From: Eledone cirrhosa
Taxonomy: Eukaryota
DNA: 64,000 bases
Direction of reading: 5' to 3'
Assembly: GCA_964016885.1 (NCBI GenBank)
Contig: OZ024741.1
Location: 48,236,001-48,300,000, forward strand
Made by a program: the position numbers and the translations under genes. Shown here piece by piece: positions 27,617 through 40,152 of this stretch (the stretch's first letter is position 1; each line of letters opens with the position of its first letter). A model generated the notes under the pieces. It saw only the letters and a program-made list of their open reading frames with translations, was not told the DNA's origin and made no database searches.

Positions 27617-29208
27617 AACTTTGAATAACTTTGAAATGTTTTGGCCAGTATTGGCCCAGGCCATGTCTAACTTAATAGCACCACCTGGTGAAGTCTTTCA
27701 ATTCAGGATTTGGGCACCATTTTCCATTCGAGAAGAGAATTACTGTTTGCGGAGACATATCCGGGTGTGGGTGGTTTGTCCGGGATTACTTGGAGGAATT
27801 TGTCCAAAGACTTCTTGAATTTTGTGTGGTCAGTTTCTGTTTTGACGTGTCCTGGTGTGATGTTGAAGAGAGCAGGGCCGATTGAGGTGAAATAATTGTG
27901 CCGTATTGTTGTTATGAGTTGCGATTTAGATTTTTGAATGGGACGGATAGCACGGGGCCCAAGCCTTGGGTGTATCTTGAAGGCAATGCCAACATCATTT
28001 GGGCAGTGATGATGGAACATTTTCCACATCATGCAGATAATATAACGCTCACGGCGACGTTGGAGTGAGTAAAGTTTCAGGTTTTCTAATCGACCCCAGT
28101 AGTCAAGGTCTGACATGCCATCTATCTTTTTCGTGATTGCCCTTTGAGGAGCTTCAAGTTTCATGATACTTTGTTTCGTGTGGGGAGACCAGTGGACAAC
28201 AGTATTCAAGGTGTGGTCGGGCAAAAGTAGAGAAGAGAAGGATAATGGTGCGGGAATCTCTCGACTGGAAGGTTCTGAGGATCCAGGAACACATTCTGCG
28301 GGCCATGTCAACTTTGCTGCTTATATGCGTGGTCCAGCTTATGTTGCTGTCCACGGTTACTCCCAAGTCTCTGATGTTGTTAGATGCCACGAGAGTTTCC
28401 CCGGAGGGAAGGGAGTATGGGAGTTTCAGAGCATCCTCTTTTCCAAAGTGGATCAGTTCGAATTTGTCTTCGTTCAGTAACATGTTGTTCTTTTCTGCCC
28501 ATTGGGTAACAGCCAGTAGGTCTGACTGAAGGCTTATCCGGTCATCCACGCCATTGATGACCTTTTGGAGCTTGGAATCATCAGCGAAAATTTTAATGTT
28601 GCTGTGTTTGATGATGTCAGTGATGTCATTAATATAGATGATGAAGAGAAGTGGGCCCAACACAGTGCCTTGTGGGACCCCACTACTGACTTTGGCTGGG
28701 CTTGATTTGACTCCCTCAACTACAACATGTTGGGTTCTGTTTGACAAGAAGCTCTTGATCCACTGCAGCAGCTTTCCAGTGACACCAATATTGGACAGCT
28801 TTCTCAGTAGAATGTTATGATCAACCCTGTCAAAGGCCTTGCTGAAATCAAGGTAGATAACATCAGTGTTGGAACCCTCTCCCAAGGCTCTCAAAATGTC
28901 ATCAAAGTGATGCAGTAGCTGCGTCAGGCAATCCCTTCCATTACGGAATCCATGCTGGTTGGAGTTCAGCATATTGTTACTCTCAAGGAAGTGGGTCATT
29001 CGCGATCTCACCACTCTCTCAAATACCTTAATGATATGAGAGGTGAGTGAGATTGGACGGTAATTCACGGCAAGGGATTTGTTTCCCTTTTTGAAAACTG
29101 GGACAACAGACTGGGATAGGTTTTCTGGCACATATCCAGCATCCAGTGAGTTCCGCCACAGATTGGCAAGAGGAGATGCAAGTTGGTGTTGACACGCCTT
29201 CAAGACAC
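27617..29208 (-). mobile_element. CR1/L2-group LINE, 5'-truncated RT
   Basis: [54 protein letters not shown]; frameshift near 28190; 3' end ttcaaagtta x2. Confidence 0.92.
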
Positions 29209-29590
29209 AATATATATGTATATATATATGTATATATATATGTATATATATATGTATATATATATGTATATATGTATGTATATATATATATGTATATATA
29301 TATATGTTTATATATATGTATATGTATATATATATGTATATATATATGTATATATATATGTATATATATATGTATATATATATGTATATATATATATATA
29401 TGTATGTATATATATATGTATGTATATATATATGTATATGTGTATATATATGTATATATGTATTTGTATATGTATATATATATATGTGTATATATGTATG
29501 TATATGTGTATATATATGTATGTGTATATGTATATATGTATTTGTATATGTATATATATATATGTGTATATATGTATGTATATATGTATA
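29209..29590. repeat. (TA)n/(TATG) microsatellite
   Basis: Direct sequence. Confidence 0.95.
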
Positions 29591-29591
29591 T

Positions 29592-30172
29592 TTATCTCTT
29601 TCTCTTAATTTCGAGTACATTTTTTTTGACCGACCACCTTCCTGGTGGCAAGGTTGTAAAAGAAAAGAAATTGTCATCCCTTGAATTGCAAGAATGTTTT
29701 GCAAATTTTGAAGGTGCCAGCTATCAGGCCGGTTGTGCTTTAATTTGGTGGCAGTTTTTATTTTCAGGTTCCACCAGTATTCCTTAGTACCATCAGTCTC
29801 AATAATTTCTTCCTCGTTTGTTGTTAATTTTGTTTTCCGAAGCACTTTCCAGATGGTTCTAGCTATCCCATCGTGTCTCATGGGGAGGTAGTAGCGAGAT
29901 GACATTCTTTCGCCGCTGGCAACAATGTGGATTACATCCTCGATCTTTGTTTTACATAGCCTACATTTATTGTCAGCTGCTGGCCCTCCTCTTTTGTGCA
30001 GCAGATATTTGGTAGGGAGTTCTTGTTCCTGTATTGCATAGAGATATCTCTCAAGGTGTGATGTCATAAACTTGCCCGAACTCCATGCCAGGCTTTTTGA
30101 GTGGTTTATCCCCTCTATGGTCTGTGTTTTACGCCTCAAGTATCCATGCACAACTTTTTCTGTAAATTGGTC
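29592..30172 (-). mobile_element. R4/Dong-like RLE non-LTR retrotransposon 3' fragment with internal deletion
   Basis: HG.., AIQEQ, CRLC..E...HI (CCHC-like), RHD, YWWN...HNRPD, then a jump to [10 protein letters not shown]..stop (29674). Confidence 0.75.
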
Positions 30173-30347
30173 ATATATGTATGTATGTATATATATATGT
30201 GTATATATATGTATGTATATATATATGTATATATATATATATGTATGTATGTATGTATATATATATATGTATGTATATATATATATGTATGTATATATAT
30301 ATATGTATGTATATATATATATGTATGTATATATATATATGTATGTA

Positions 30348-30381
<34 letters not shown>

Positions 30382-31033
30382 CATGTATATATATGTATAT
30401 GTACATGTATATATATGTATGTACATGTATATATATGTATATATATATGTATATATATGTGTATATATATGTATATATATATGTATATATATGTATATAT
30501 ATATGTATATGTATATATATATGTGTATATATATGTATATATATATGTGTATATATATGTATATATATATGTATATGTATATATATATGTATATATATAT
30601 GTATATATATATGTATATATATGTATAAATATGTATATATATATGTATGTATATGTATGTATATATGTATGTATATATATATGTATGTATATGTATATGT
30701 ATGTATATATATGTATATGTATGTATATATATATATGTATATGTATGTATATATATGTATATGTATGTATATATATGTATGTGTATGTATATATATATGT
30801 GTGTATGTATATATATGTGTGTATGTATATATATGTATGTGTATGTATGTATATATATATATATGTATATGTATGTATATATATGTATATGTATGTATAT
30901 ATATGTATGTGTATGTATATATATATGTGTGTATGTATATATATGTGTGTATGTATATATATGTATGTGTATGTATGTATATATATATATATGTATATGT
31001 ATGTATATATATGTATATGTATGTATATGTATG

Positions 31034-31074
<41 letters not shown>

Positions 31075-31295
31075 ATGTATGTATGTATATATATATATGT
31101 ATGTATATATATATATGTATGTATATATATATATGTATGTATATATATATATGTATGTATATATATATATGTATGTATATATATGTATATATGTGTATAT
31201 ATGTATATATATGTATGTATATATATATATGTATGTATATATGTATATATGTATATATATATATGTATGTATATATATATATATGTATATATATG

Positions 31296-31326
<31 letters not shown>

Positions 31327-31383
31327 GTATATATATGTATGTATATATATGTAAATATATATATGTATGTATGTATATATATG

Positions 31384-31443
<60 letters not shown>

Positions 31444-31597
31444 TATGTATATATATATATGTATATATGTATATATGTATATATATATATGTATATATAT
31501 ATATGTGTATATGTATATATGTATATATATATATGTATATATATATATGTATATATATATATGTATATGTATATATATATATGTATATGTATATATG

Positions 31598-31632
<35 letters not shown>

Positions 31633-31713
31633 GTATGTATATATATATATGTATGTATATATATATATGTATGTATATATATATATGTATGTATATGTAT
31701 ATATATATGTATG

Positions 31714-31760
<47 letters not shown>

Positions 31761-31797
31761 GTATGTGTATATAAATATATATGTATGTATGTATATG

Positions 31798-31844
<47 letters not shown>

Positions 31845-31873
31845 GTATATATATATATATGTATGTGTATATA

Positions 31874-31904
<31 letters not shown>

Positions 31905-31975
31905 GTATGTGTATATAAATATATATGTATGTGTATATAAATATATATGTATGTGTATATAAATATATATGTATG

Positions 31976-32008
<33 letters not shown>

Positions 32009-32013
32009 GTATG

Positions 32014-32060
<47 letters not shown>

Positions 32061-32065
32061 GTATG

Positions 32066-32112
<47 letters not shown>

Positions 32113-32118
32113 GTATGT

Positions 32119-32159
<41 letters not shown>

Positions 32160-32163
32160 TATG

Positions 32164-32236
<73 letters not shown>

Positions 32237-32248
32237 GTTTATATATAT
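30173..32248. repeat. ~2.1-kb (TA)n/(TATG) microsatellite
   Basis: Direct sequence. Confidence 0.98.
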
Positions 32249-32965
32249 ATAAAAACAAATAACGGAACGAAATTAAATTTCGTTTCGCTTCTAACTCACT
32301 TTTGTATGACTGACGCTTAAACAATTAAGTTAAAGTGTACATCTACATATGTATACGGAAGTACTAGTATGCATATAAATACACACATGTATACATATGT
32401 ACATGTACCGAGTTTTTCACTAGACACTTTACAGTGAGTGTCCAGCTAGTCTGTATGTAAACAAACAGACGAACCGGGTTTTAAAGTCATACGAGTTTTC
32501 AAGGAAACACACTTCCTCCATTCTTCAGAGAGCCAGACAGGAATATTGGACTAGTTTCGATGTTATTACATCTCATCAGCAATATATACCTATCTTCCGG
32601 CTTCTCTGGAGAATTGTAAAAGCACATATCGTTATATGCCTTTTCTATGAAAATCAGTAGTGGGCAGACTAATTTGCATAGAACGTGAGTCATTGTACGC
32701 GCCAGTTCAGCGGAAACGATAAAAACAAATAACGGAACGAAATTAAATTTCGTTTCACTTCTAACTCACTTTTGTATGACTGACGCTTAAACAATTAAGT
32801 TAAAGTGTACATCTACATATGTATACGGAAGTACTAGTATGCATATAAATACACACATGTATACATATGTACATGTACTGAGTTTTTCACTAGATACTTT
32901 ACAGTGAGTGTCCAGCTAGTCTGTATGTAAACAAACAGTCATACAAAAGTGAGTTAGAAGCGAAA
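32249..32965 (-). mobile_element. Non-coding hammerhead-bearing partial tandem repeat (retrozyme / non-autonomous PLE-like)
   Basis: 220-bp direct repeats 32249-32468 and 32719-32938 (period 470); hammerhead in the spacer; 30-bp inverted copy at 32936-32965. Confidence 0.7.
32543..32585 (-). ncRNA. Minimal type I hammerhead ribozyme with palindromic loop III
   Basis: atattg-CTGATGA-gatgt aata acatc-GAAA-CTAG-TC-caatat: perfect 6-bp stem I, 5-bp stem II, A[CUAG]U stem III, GUC triplet. Confidence 0.9.
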
Positions 32966-33074
32966 TGATCTGAATCCTCGTCGCACCGTTGGCACTACAA
33001 AGCTGTGCAAAGTAATACAATAATTTTTGCCCAAGTATTTTTTTTTAATCATTTATTTGTAAATTAAGGACAAA

Positions 33075-33423
33075 GTGCCCATTCGAGGCACAAAACCGGA
33101 AAAACAGGGGAAGAGTCTCTTTGCAAGGCTACAGAAAATAGCGGAAAAGCACCACTGTACACCCATTTTCTACAGTGGTGTCATTCCACGTCCACAAAGT
33201 GTAATTGAAAATAAAAATGACTTGGGCAAGAGAAATTCTCGTTTGGAAAAGTTTAATTACTGTATGAAAGAAATGATTCAAAAATTGAACTTGCTCAATC
33301 TTCACAACATTGAAAATTTGGTCAAAATTTGACAAATCTGACTTCAAACCAGATATGATTCATCTGAACAATGTTGGAAATCTTAAATTGACACAAATTT
33401 TTGCCAATGTTTTTGCCACCTGA
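33075..33423 (+). pseudogene. SGNH/GDSL esterase-like C-terminal fragment (frameshift near 33290)
   Basis: IFYSGVIPRP...RLEKFN, then in a shifted frame IWSKFDKSDFKPDMIHLNNVGNLKL (block V DxxH.N..G). Confidence 0.6.
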
Positions 33424-33785
33424 TCCTTGTTCTATGGCTGACTGACTAATTTTGTGACTTAATAAAATGTCATCATACTAGTAATGCACAATGGTCATTT
33501 TTAAATTTAAATTTTATTAAATAGTTGTTGCTTGCATTGCCTTAAAATAGTAACAAGAATGTACACATACTTTTTAAAAATACATCATTATCAGTCAAAT
33601 GTCACTAAAAGCCAGGTGGTTGACAACAACTTCTATAAGATTAGTTACATGCTCACACATTGGATCACCTCTCATCAATGGCATTGGATGTCTGAGATAA
33701 TCGTGGAGATAACTGATGAAGTCACAAATGAAGTGATGGTCTTCCAGTGTGAACAACTCCCTATATCCATTGATATATGTGATGG

Positions 33786-34363
33786 ATGAAAGACGACAGC
33801 TGTATAAAAAAGTGCAGGGCAATAAAGATAGACGGTAGCCACGGAGTAGGCAGACCCAGAAAAACCTGGGACGACCTGATAAACTCCGACCTCACACACT
33901 TACACCTCTCCAAGACAATGTCACTGGACCGAGATCTTTGGCGGCACTCAGTAATAGAGAAGACCCGCCTTACCTAAATACAAAGTAAAACCTACTACAG
34001 TCAGTAGGCATCTCTAACAAAATACACCCCGTCCCACCACCCCCACCCCATCCACACCGCCCCTTTCAATGTAAAGTTATGTTGGTGCCACAACATCCAG
34101 GCCGAAACAAATGAGATCGTGTAGGTGTCACGACAAAAAAATACAGTCCACGCTGTAATGTGGTCGTGTAGGTAACACGGTAAAAACCTCCTAGTCCCAC
34201 ACTGTAAATGTGGTTGGTGTTAGGAAGGGCATCCAGCTGTAGAAAATCCGCCAGACAGTCCTGTGCGAGCAAGACAACCACTCTTGCCTCAAGTGGGAAA
34301 ACTCCTGTCCAAACCCATGCAAGCGTGGAACATGGACGTTAAACGATGATGATGATGATGATG
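33786..34363 (+). mobile_element. RTE LINE 3' fragment with tgatgg target-site duplication
   Basis: Nearly identical to 6846-7423; tgatgg at 33780-33785 and 34362-34367. Confidence 0.92.
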
Positions 34364-34808
34364 ATGGCTTCCGTTCATAGGTGCATTTTATGAGGAATTC
34401 CATGCATCCGATTTTCAGTGATTCAATAGGCATTTTATCAGAGATGATAAGGTATTTGACCACGTTTTGCTTTGTAAGTAAATTGGAGAGAATCACTGCA
34501 GTCAAAGTCATTTCTTTGCATGGGTTTTTGTCCATTCTAAAAAGTTAAAATGATAAAGTATTACTACTATATAACTTACATCTATTGTTGTAACACCATT
34601 GAAATGCACAAGTTTCACCAATTCACTATTATGCACTAATCATCTCAAATGCATTCATGATTTACTAGCTTTGTCATTAAGCCAGTTGCCTCAACTAGAT
34701 TGCAATTATACTCAAAAGAACTTTAAAATGTCAATCACTTTTCAGTAATTCACTATGATCATTTAATTATTAGATAGTTGTTGCTTGCATTGCCTTAAAA
34801 AATAGTAA

Positions 34809-35865
34809 ACCAGATAGAAAAATGCGTACAGTAAAGAAAAGTAATATTGTTGGAATATAAACCTTTAAAAATACAGGACAAGAAACTAAAATAAAACTTT
34901 AAAAGAATAGGACAAGAAACTAAGATAAAACTTTAATGAATTGGACAAGGAATAAAAAATTTTACAATAATATTAGTGGCAAAATTTTTTTATTCGTTTC
35001 CTGTGCTATGCCCCAGTATCTTCTTGATTAGTGCATAATAATTGTCATGCTCTCATTGTGCGTTGCCCCTGAGCGGTTGGTTCTGGTTGGGGTTGGTTGG
35101 CTGAGCAGTTCTGCTCCGCCAGAATGACCATTGCAAGAAGAATTGGTCGATGCAGCTGCAGGTCTCCTCCAAGAATACACTTCTGGTCCCGCAACACCAG
35201 ACGAAGATGGAGAAGACGACCGGGACAAGATGTCGACTCTGACCACCGACTACGGCACCTCCCTCAACCACCAGTCCTCCCTCCCTCTGTTCCGTCATCA
35301 TTCCAGTCCTCCTGCTCCCCCTTCCTGTACCAGAAAGCTGTGGCACGCATTCATCTGGACTGCCGGACTTGAACTCAAGGAGAAGATGGACGGGTTGATC
35401 AAGATCAAGGATGAGCGGGACGACAAGACCGTCCGCTGCTGCTCAAGATCTGTGCTCATGGGCCCATGGGTCCATTCACATTATGTATGACACATGAGGC
35501 GTGTTGCCGAATGATGAAATAGGGGTATGGTTATGGCCCAATTGGTGTTCAAACCAGGATCAAATGATCCCTCCGGTCTGACGACGACCAGTGAATGTGG
35601 AACTCGATTTTTTACCAATAAAAATTTTGCCACTAATATTATTGTAAAATTTTTTATTTCTTGTCCAATTCTTTAAAGTTTTATCTTAGTTTCTTGTCCT
35701 ATTCTTTAAAGTTTTATCTTAGTTTCTTGTCCAATTCTTTAAAGTTTTATCTTAGTTTCTTGTCCTATTCTTTTAAGTTTTATTTTAGTTTCTTGTCCTG
35801 TATTTTTAAAGGTTTATATTCCAACAATATTACTTTTTTTTGCTGTACGCATTTTTCTATCTGGT
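34809..35865. mobile_element. Foldback-type TIR element with 33-bp subrepeats and GC-rich internal cargo
   Basis: Left arm 34809-34994 and right arm 35617-35865 are reverse complements; termini accagatag/ctatctggt; 3 vs 5 subrepeat units. Confidence 0.8.
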
Positions 35866-35905
35866 ATATATATGTATGTATGTATATATATGTATGTATG
35901 TATAT

Positions 35906-35939
<34 letters not shown>

Positions 35940-35960
35940 GTATATATATATATATGTATG

Positions 35961-35996
<36 letters not shown>

Positions 35997-36255
35997 TATG
36001 TATGTATATATGTATGTATATATATATATGTATGTATATATATATATGTATGTATATATATATATGTATGTATATATATATATGTATGTATATATATATA
36101 TGTATGTATATATATATATGTATGTATGTATATATATATATGTATGTATATATATATATGTATGTATATATGTATGTATATATATATATGTATGTATATA
36201 TATATATGTATGTATATATGTATGTATATATATATGTATGTATATATATATATGT

Positions 36256-36296
<41 letters not shown>

Positions 36297-36475
36297 TATG
36301 TATATATGTATGTGTGTATATATGTGTATGTGTGTGTATATGTATGTATGTATATGTATATGTATGTATGTATATATATATATATGTATGTATATGTGTA
36401 TATATGTATGTATGTGTATATATGTATGTATGTATATATATGTGTATGTATATGTATATATGTGTGTGTGTATGT
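35866..36475. repeat. (TA)n/(TATG) microsatellite
   Basis: Direct sequence; further tracts at 36964-38135, 39181-39508, 39880-40152, 42152-42267, 42874-42960. Confidence 0.97.
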
Positions 36476-36555
36476 GGGCGCTTTAATGCATGAGTGCACT
36501 TGCATCTGGCTGTACACATCGGGCATGTATGTATTTGCTTATTTGTATACATCTG

Positions 36556-36963
36556 GGAGAGATGACCCCTTAGCCTTTGTCAAGGCAGAATTCTAGGAGA
36601 AGGAAAACTCTGATATAACACCTGCAACCCTGATGGTATCCAATGATGTTGACTTGTTCTTCTTTTTGGTAAATATTATCTTGGTTAAGAGAGTGGGACT
36701 GGCTTTGTGCAGTGCCTTTGCTCACTATAAAAGCTTCACGGCACAGGCATTGCTTTATATCTGGAGATCTCTCTGCACTTGTCGTCACATGGTACCATTG
36801 GCCCAGCACTATGTGTCAATAATTGTCACAGGTGTAGTGTTTGTACCAGAGTTTTCAAGTCGCTGGCTGGACTAAAAAGTCACACTCGTTCAGCGCATTG
36901 GTAGGGGTTCTCCTACATGGATATAAAGTAGTGGCCGTACTCGAAAACGAGTTGGCAGCCACC
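36556..36963 (+). mobile_element. Non-autonomous bipartite RTE derivative (5'-truncated copy)
   Basis: Near-identical to 42466-42873; ctaggagaaggaaaactctga motif; encodes [22 protein letters not shown]; terminal ctcg-aaaa-cgag hairpin. Confidence 0.75.
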
Positions 36964-37034
36964 ATGTATATATATATATATGTATGTATGTATATATATA
37001 TATGTATGTATATATATATGTATGTATATATATG

Positions 37035-37074
<40 letters not shown>

Positions 37075-37237
37075 TATGTATATATATATAGGTATATGTA
37101 TAACTATATGTATGTGTATATATATATATATGTATGTATATATATATATAGGTATATGTATGTATATATGTATATATGTATATATATATATGTATGTATG
37201 TATATATGTATATATATATATGTATATATATGTATGT

Positions 37238-37278
<41 letters not shown>

Positions 37279-37333
37279 TATGTATGTATATATATATATG
37301 TATGTATATATATATATGTATATATATATATGT

Positions 37334-37483
<150 letters not shown>

Positions 37484-37570
37484 GTATGTATGTATATGTA
37501 TGTATGTATATATATGTATGTATGTATATATATGTATGTATGTATATATATGTATGTATGTATATATATG

Positions 37571-37623
<53 letters not shown>

Positions 37624-37657
37624 GTATGTATATATATATGTATGTATGTATATATAT

Positions 37658-37691
<34 letters not shown>

Positions 37692-37786
37692 GTATATATA
37701 TGTATGTATGTATATATATATATGTATGTATATATATATATGTATATATATGTATGTGTATGTATGTGTATGTATATATATATATG

Positions 37787-37825
<39 letters not shown>

Positions 37826-38138
37826 GTATGTGTATGTATATATATATATGTATGTATATATGTATGTATGTATATGTATATATGTGTGTATGTATGTATG
37901 TATGTATGTATGTATGTATGTATGTATATATATGTATGTATATATAAATATGTATATATATATATATGTATGTATATATATATGTATGTATATATATATA
38001 TATATGTATGTATATATAAATATGTATGTATATATATATGTATATATATATGTATGTATATATATATGTATGTATATATGTATGTATGTATATACGTATT
38101 TATGTATATATGTATGTATGTATAAATATATGTATATC

Positions 38139-39097
38139 GACACCACCTTAAGCAATTGGAGCATTTCCATCAGATGTGTCTCAGACGGATCCATGGCGTT
38201 CACTGGAGGGACCACATCAGTGATGTCGAGATTTTGGAAAGCTCTATGTGTGACAGTATAGAAGCTCTTGTGCTTAAGCAGCGACTCCGTTGGAGTGGTC
38301 ACCTTGCCAGGATGAAGGATTCTAGAATACCAAAACAACTCTTTTATGGAGAGTTGGTTAAAGGAAACGACCGCCACATAAACCAAAAAAGAGGTATAAG
38401 GATTCCTTGAAAGCCTCTCTGAGAGACGCTAACATCTCTGCTGATACATGGGAAAATATTGCTGCTGATCGTAATAAATGGAGAAAGACTGTATATGAGG
38501 GAAAAGTTGCTTTTGAGGCATCTCGAATCGCATACGAGAAAGTAAAGCGGGATGTGAGGAAGGGCATTGCTGTTGCACTTCCGGACGGCGAGGGTCCTCC
38601 TATGGTGCTGACATGCAGCGTCTGTGCGAGACTCTGCCTAAGCAAAGCTGGACTCGAAAGTCATCTTCGCAGTCATAAAGTAAGACCAGTGGTTGACTAC
38701 CAGGCTGCTGTTGGAGATGCTACTCATCATGCTTGCCAAACATGTGGTAGAGAATGTAAATCAGCAGGAGGGCTCAAGCGACATGCAAAAGTACACAAAC
38801 TCCAACCACAGCCGACTATTCCCAGTGAATGTTTTGGTTGCCGACTCTGTGCAAGACATTTTAGATCATTGGCTGGGCTAAAAAGCCACATTCGATCGCG
38901 GCGCTGTTAGTTGCTATCGTGTGTGTGTGTGTGTGTGTGTATATGTATATGTATATTATTATTGTTGTTGTCGTTATTATTATTATTGTTGTTATTATTA
39001 TTATTGTTATTAATGTATGTGTGTGAGTGTGTGTGTGTGTGTATATGTGTATGTATATGTATATATATATATTTTTTTTTTATTTTTATTTTATTTT

Positions 39098-39128
<31 letters not shown>

Positions 39129-39180
39129 CTTTTTTTCTTCTCGTGCAATGGCCATACTCGATAACGAGGGGGCAGCCATC
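38139..39180 (+). mobile_element. RTE-family 3' fragment with three C2H2 zinc fingers (second copy)
   Basis: ORFs 38156-38410 and 38407-38910; nearly identical to 20786-21979 including the terminal 38 nt. Confidence 0.9.
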
Positions 39181-39211
39181 ATGTATGTATGTATGTATAT
39201 ATATATGTATG

Positions 39212-39247
<36 letters not shown>

Positions 39248-39264
39248 TGTATGTATATATATGT

Positions 39265-39319
<55 letters not shown>

Positions 39320-39425
39320 TATATATGTATATGTATGTATGTATATATATGTATATATATATATGTATGTATGTATATATATGTATATGTATGTATATGT
39401 ATGTATGTATATGTATGTATATATA

Positions 39426-39461
<36 letters not shown>

Positions 39462-39508
39462 TGTATGTATATATATATGTATATGTATGTATGTATATAT
39501 ATGTATAT

Positions 39509-39879
39509 GTAGGCATCTCTATCAAAACACAACCCCGTCCCACCACCTCCACCCCATCCACACCGCCCCTTTCAATGTAAAGTTATGTTGGTCCCACAAC
39601 ATCCAGGCCGAAACAAATGAGATCGTGTAGGTGTCACGACAAAGAAACACACAGTCCACGCTGTAAATGTGGCCGTGTAGGCAACACGGTAAAAACCTCC
39701 CAGCCCCACACTGTAAATGTGGTTGGTGTTAGGAAGGGCATCCAACTGTAGAAAACCCGCCAGACAGTCCTATGCGAGCAAGACAACCACTCTTGCCTCA
39801 AGTGGGAAAACCCCCGTCCAAACCCATGCAAGCGTGGAACGCGGACGCTAAACCTGATGATGATGATGATGATGATGAT
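39509..39879 (+). mobile_element. RTE 3' UTR-only copy
   Basis: Matches 7064-7423; (GAT)n tail. Confidence 0.9.
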
Positions 39880-39884
39880 ATATG

Positions 39885-39956
<72 letters not shown>

Positions 39957-40152
39957 TGTATGTATATATGTATGTATATATGTATGTATATATATATGTA
40001 TATATATATGTATATATATATGTATATATATATGTATATATATATGTATGTATATATGTATGTATATATATATGTATGTATATATATATATGTATGTATA
40101 TATATATATGTATGTATATATATATATGTATGTATATATGTATATATATATG

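Noticed and set aside
28154-30406. 750-aa ORF appearing to fuse RLE-type and CR1 RT domains
   Set aside because: Two separate insertions joined in frame by chance through a stop-free microsatellite
32485-32533. Second hammerhead-like core (CTGAAGA...GAAA...GTA, minus strand)
   Set aside because: Stem I cannot be formed and stem III spacing is irregular; at most a decayed remnant
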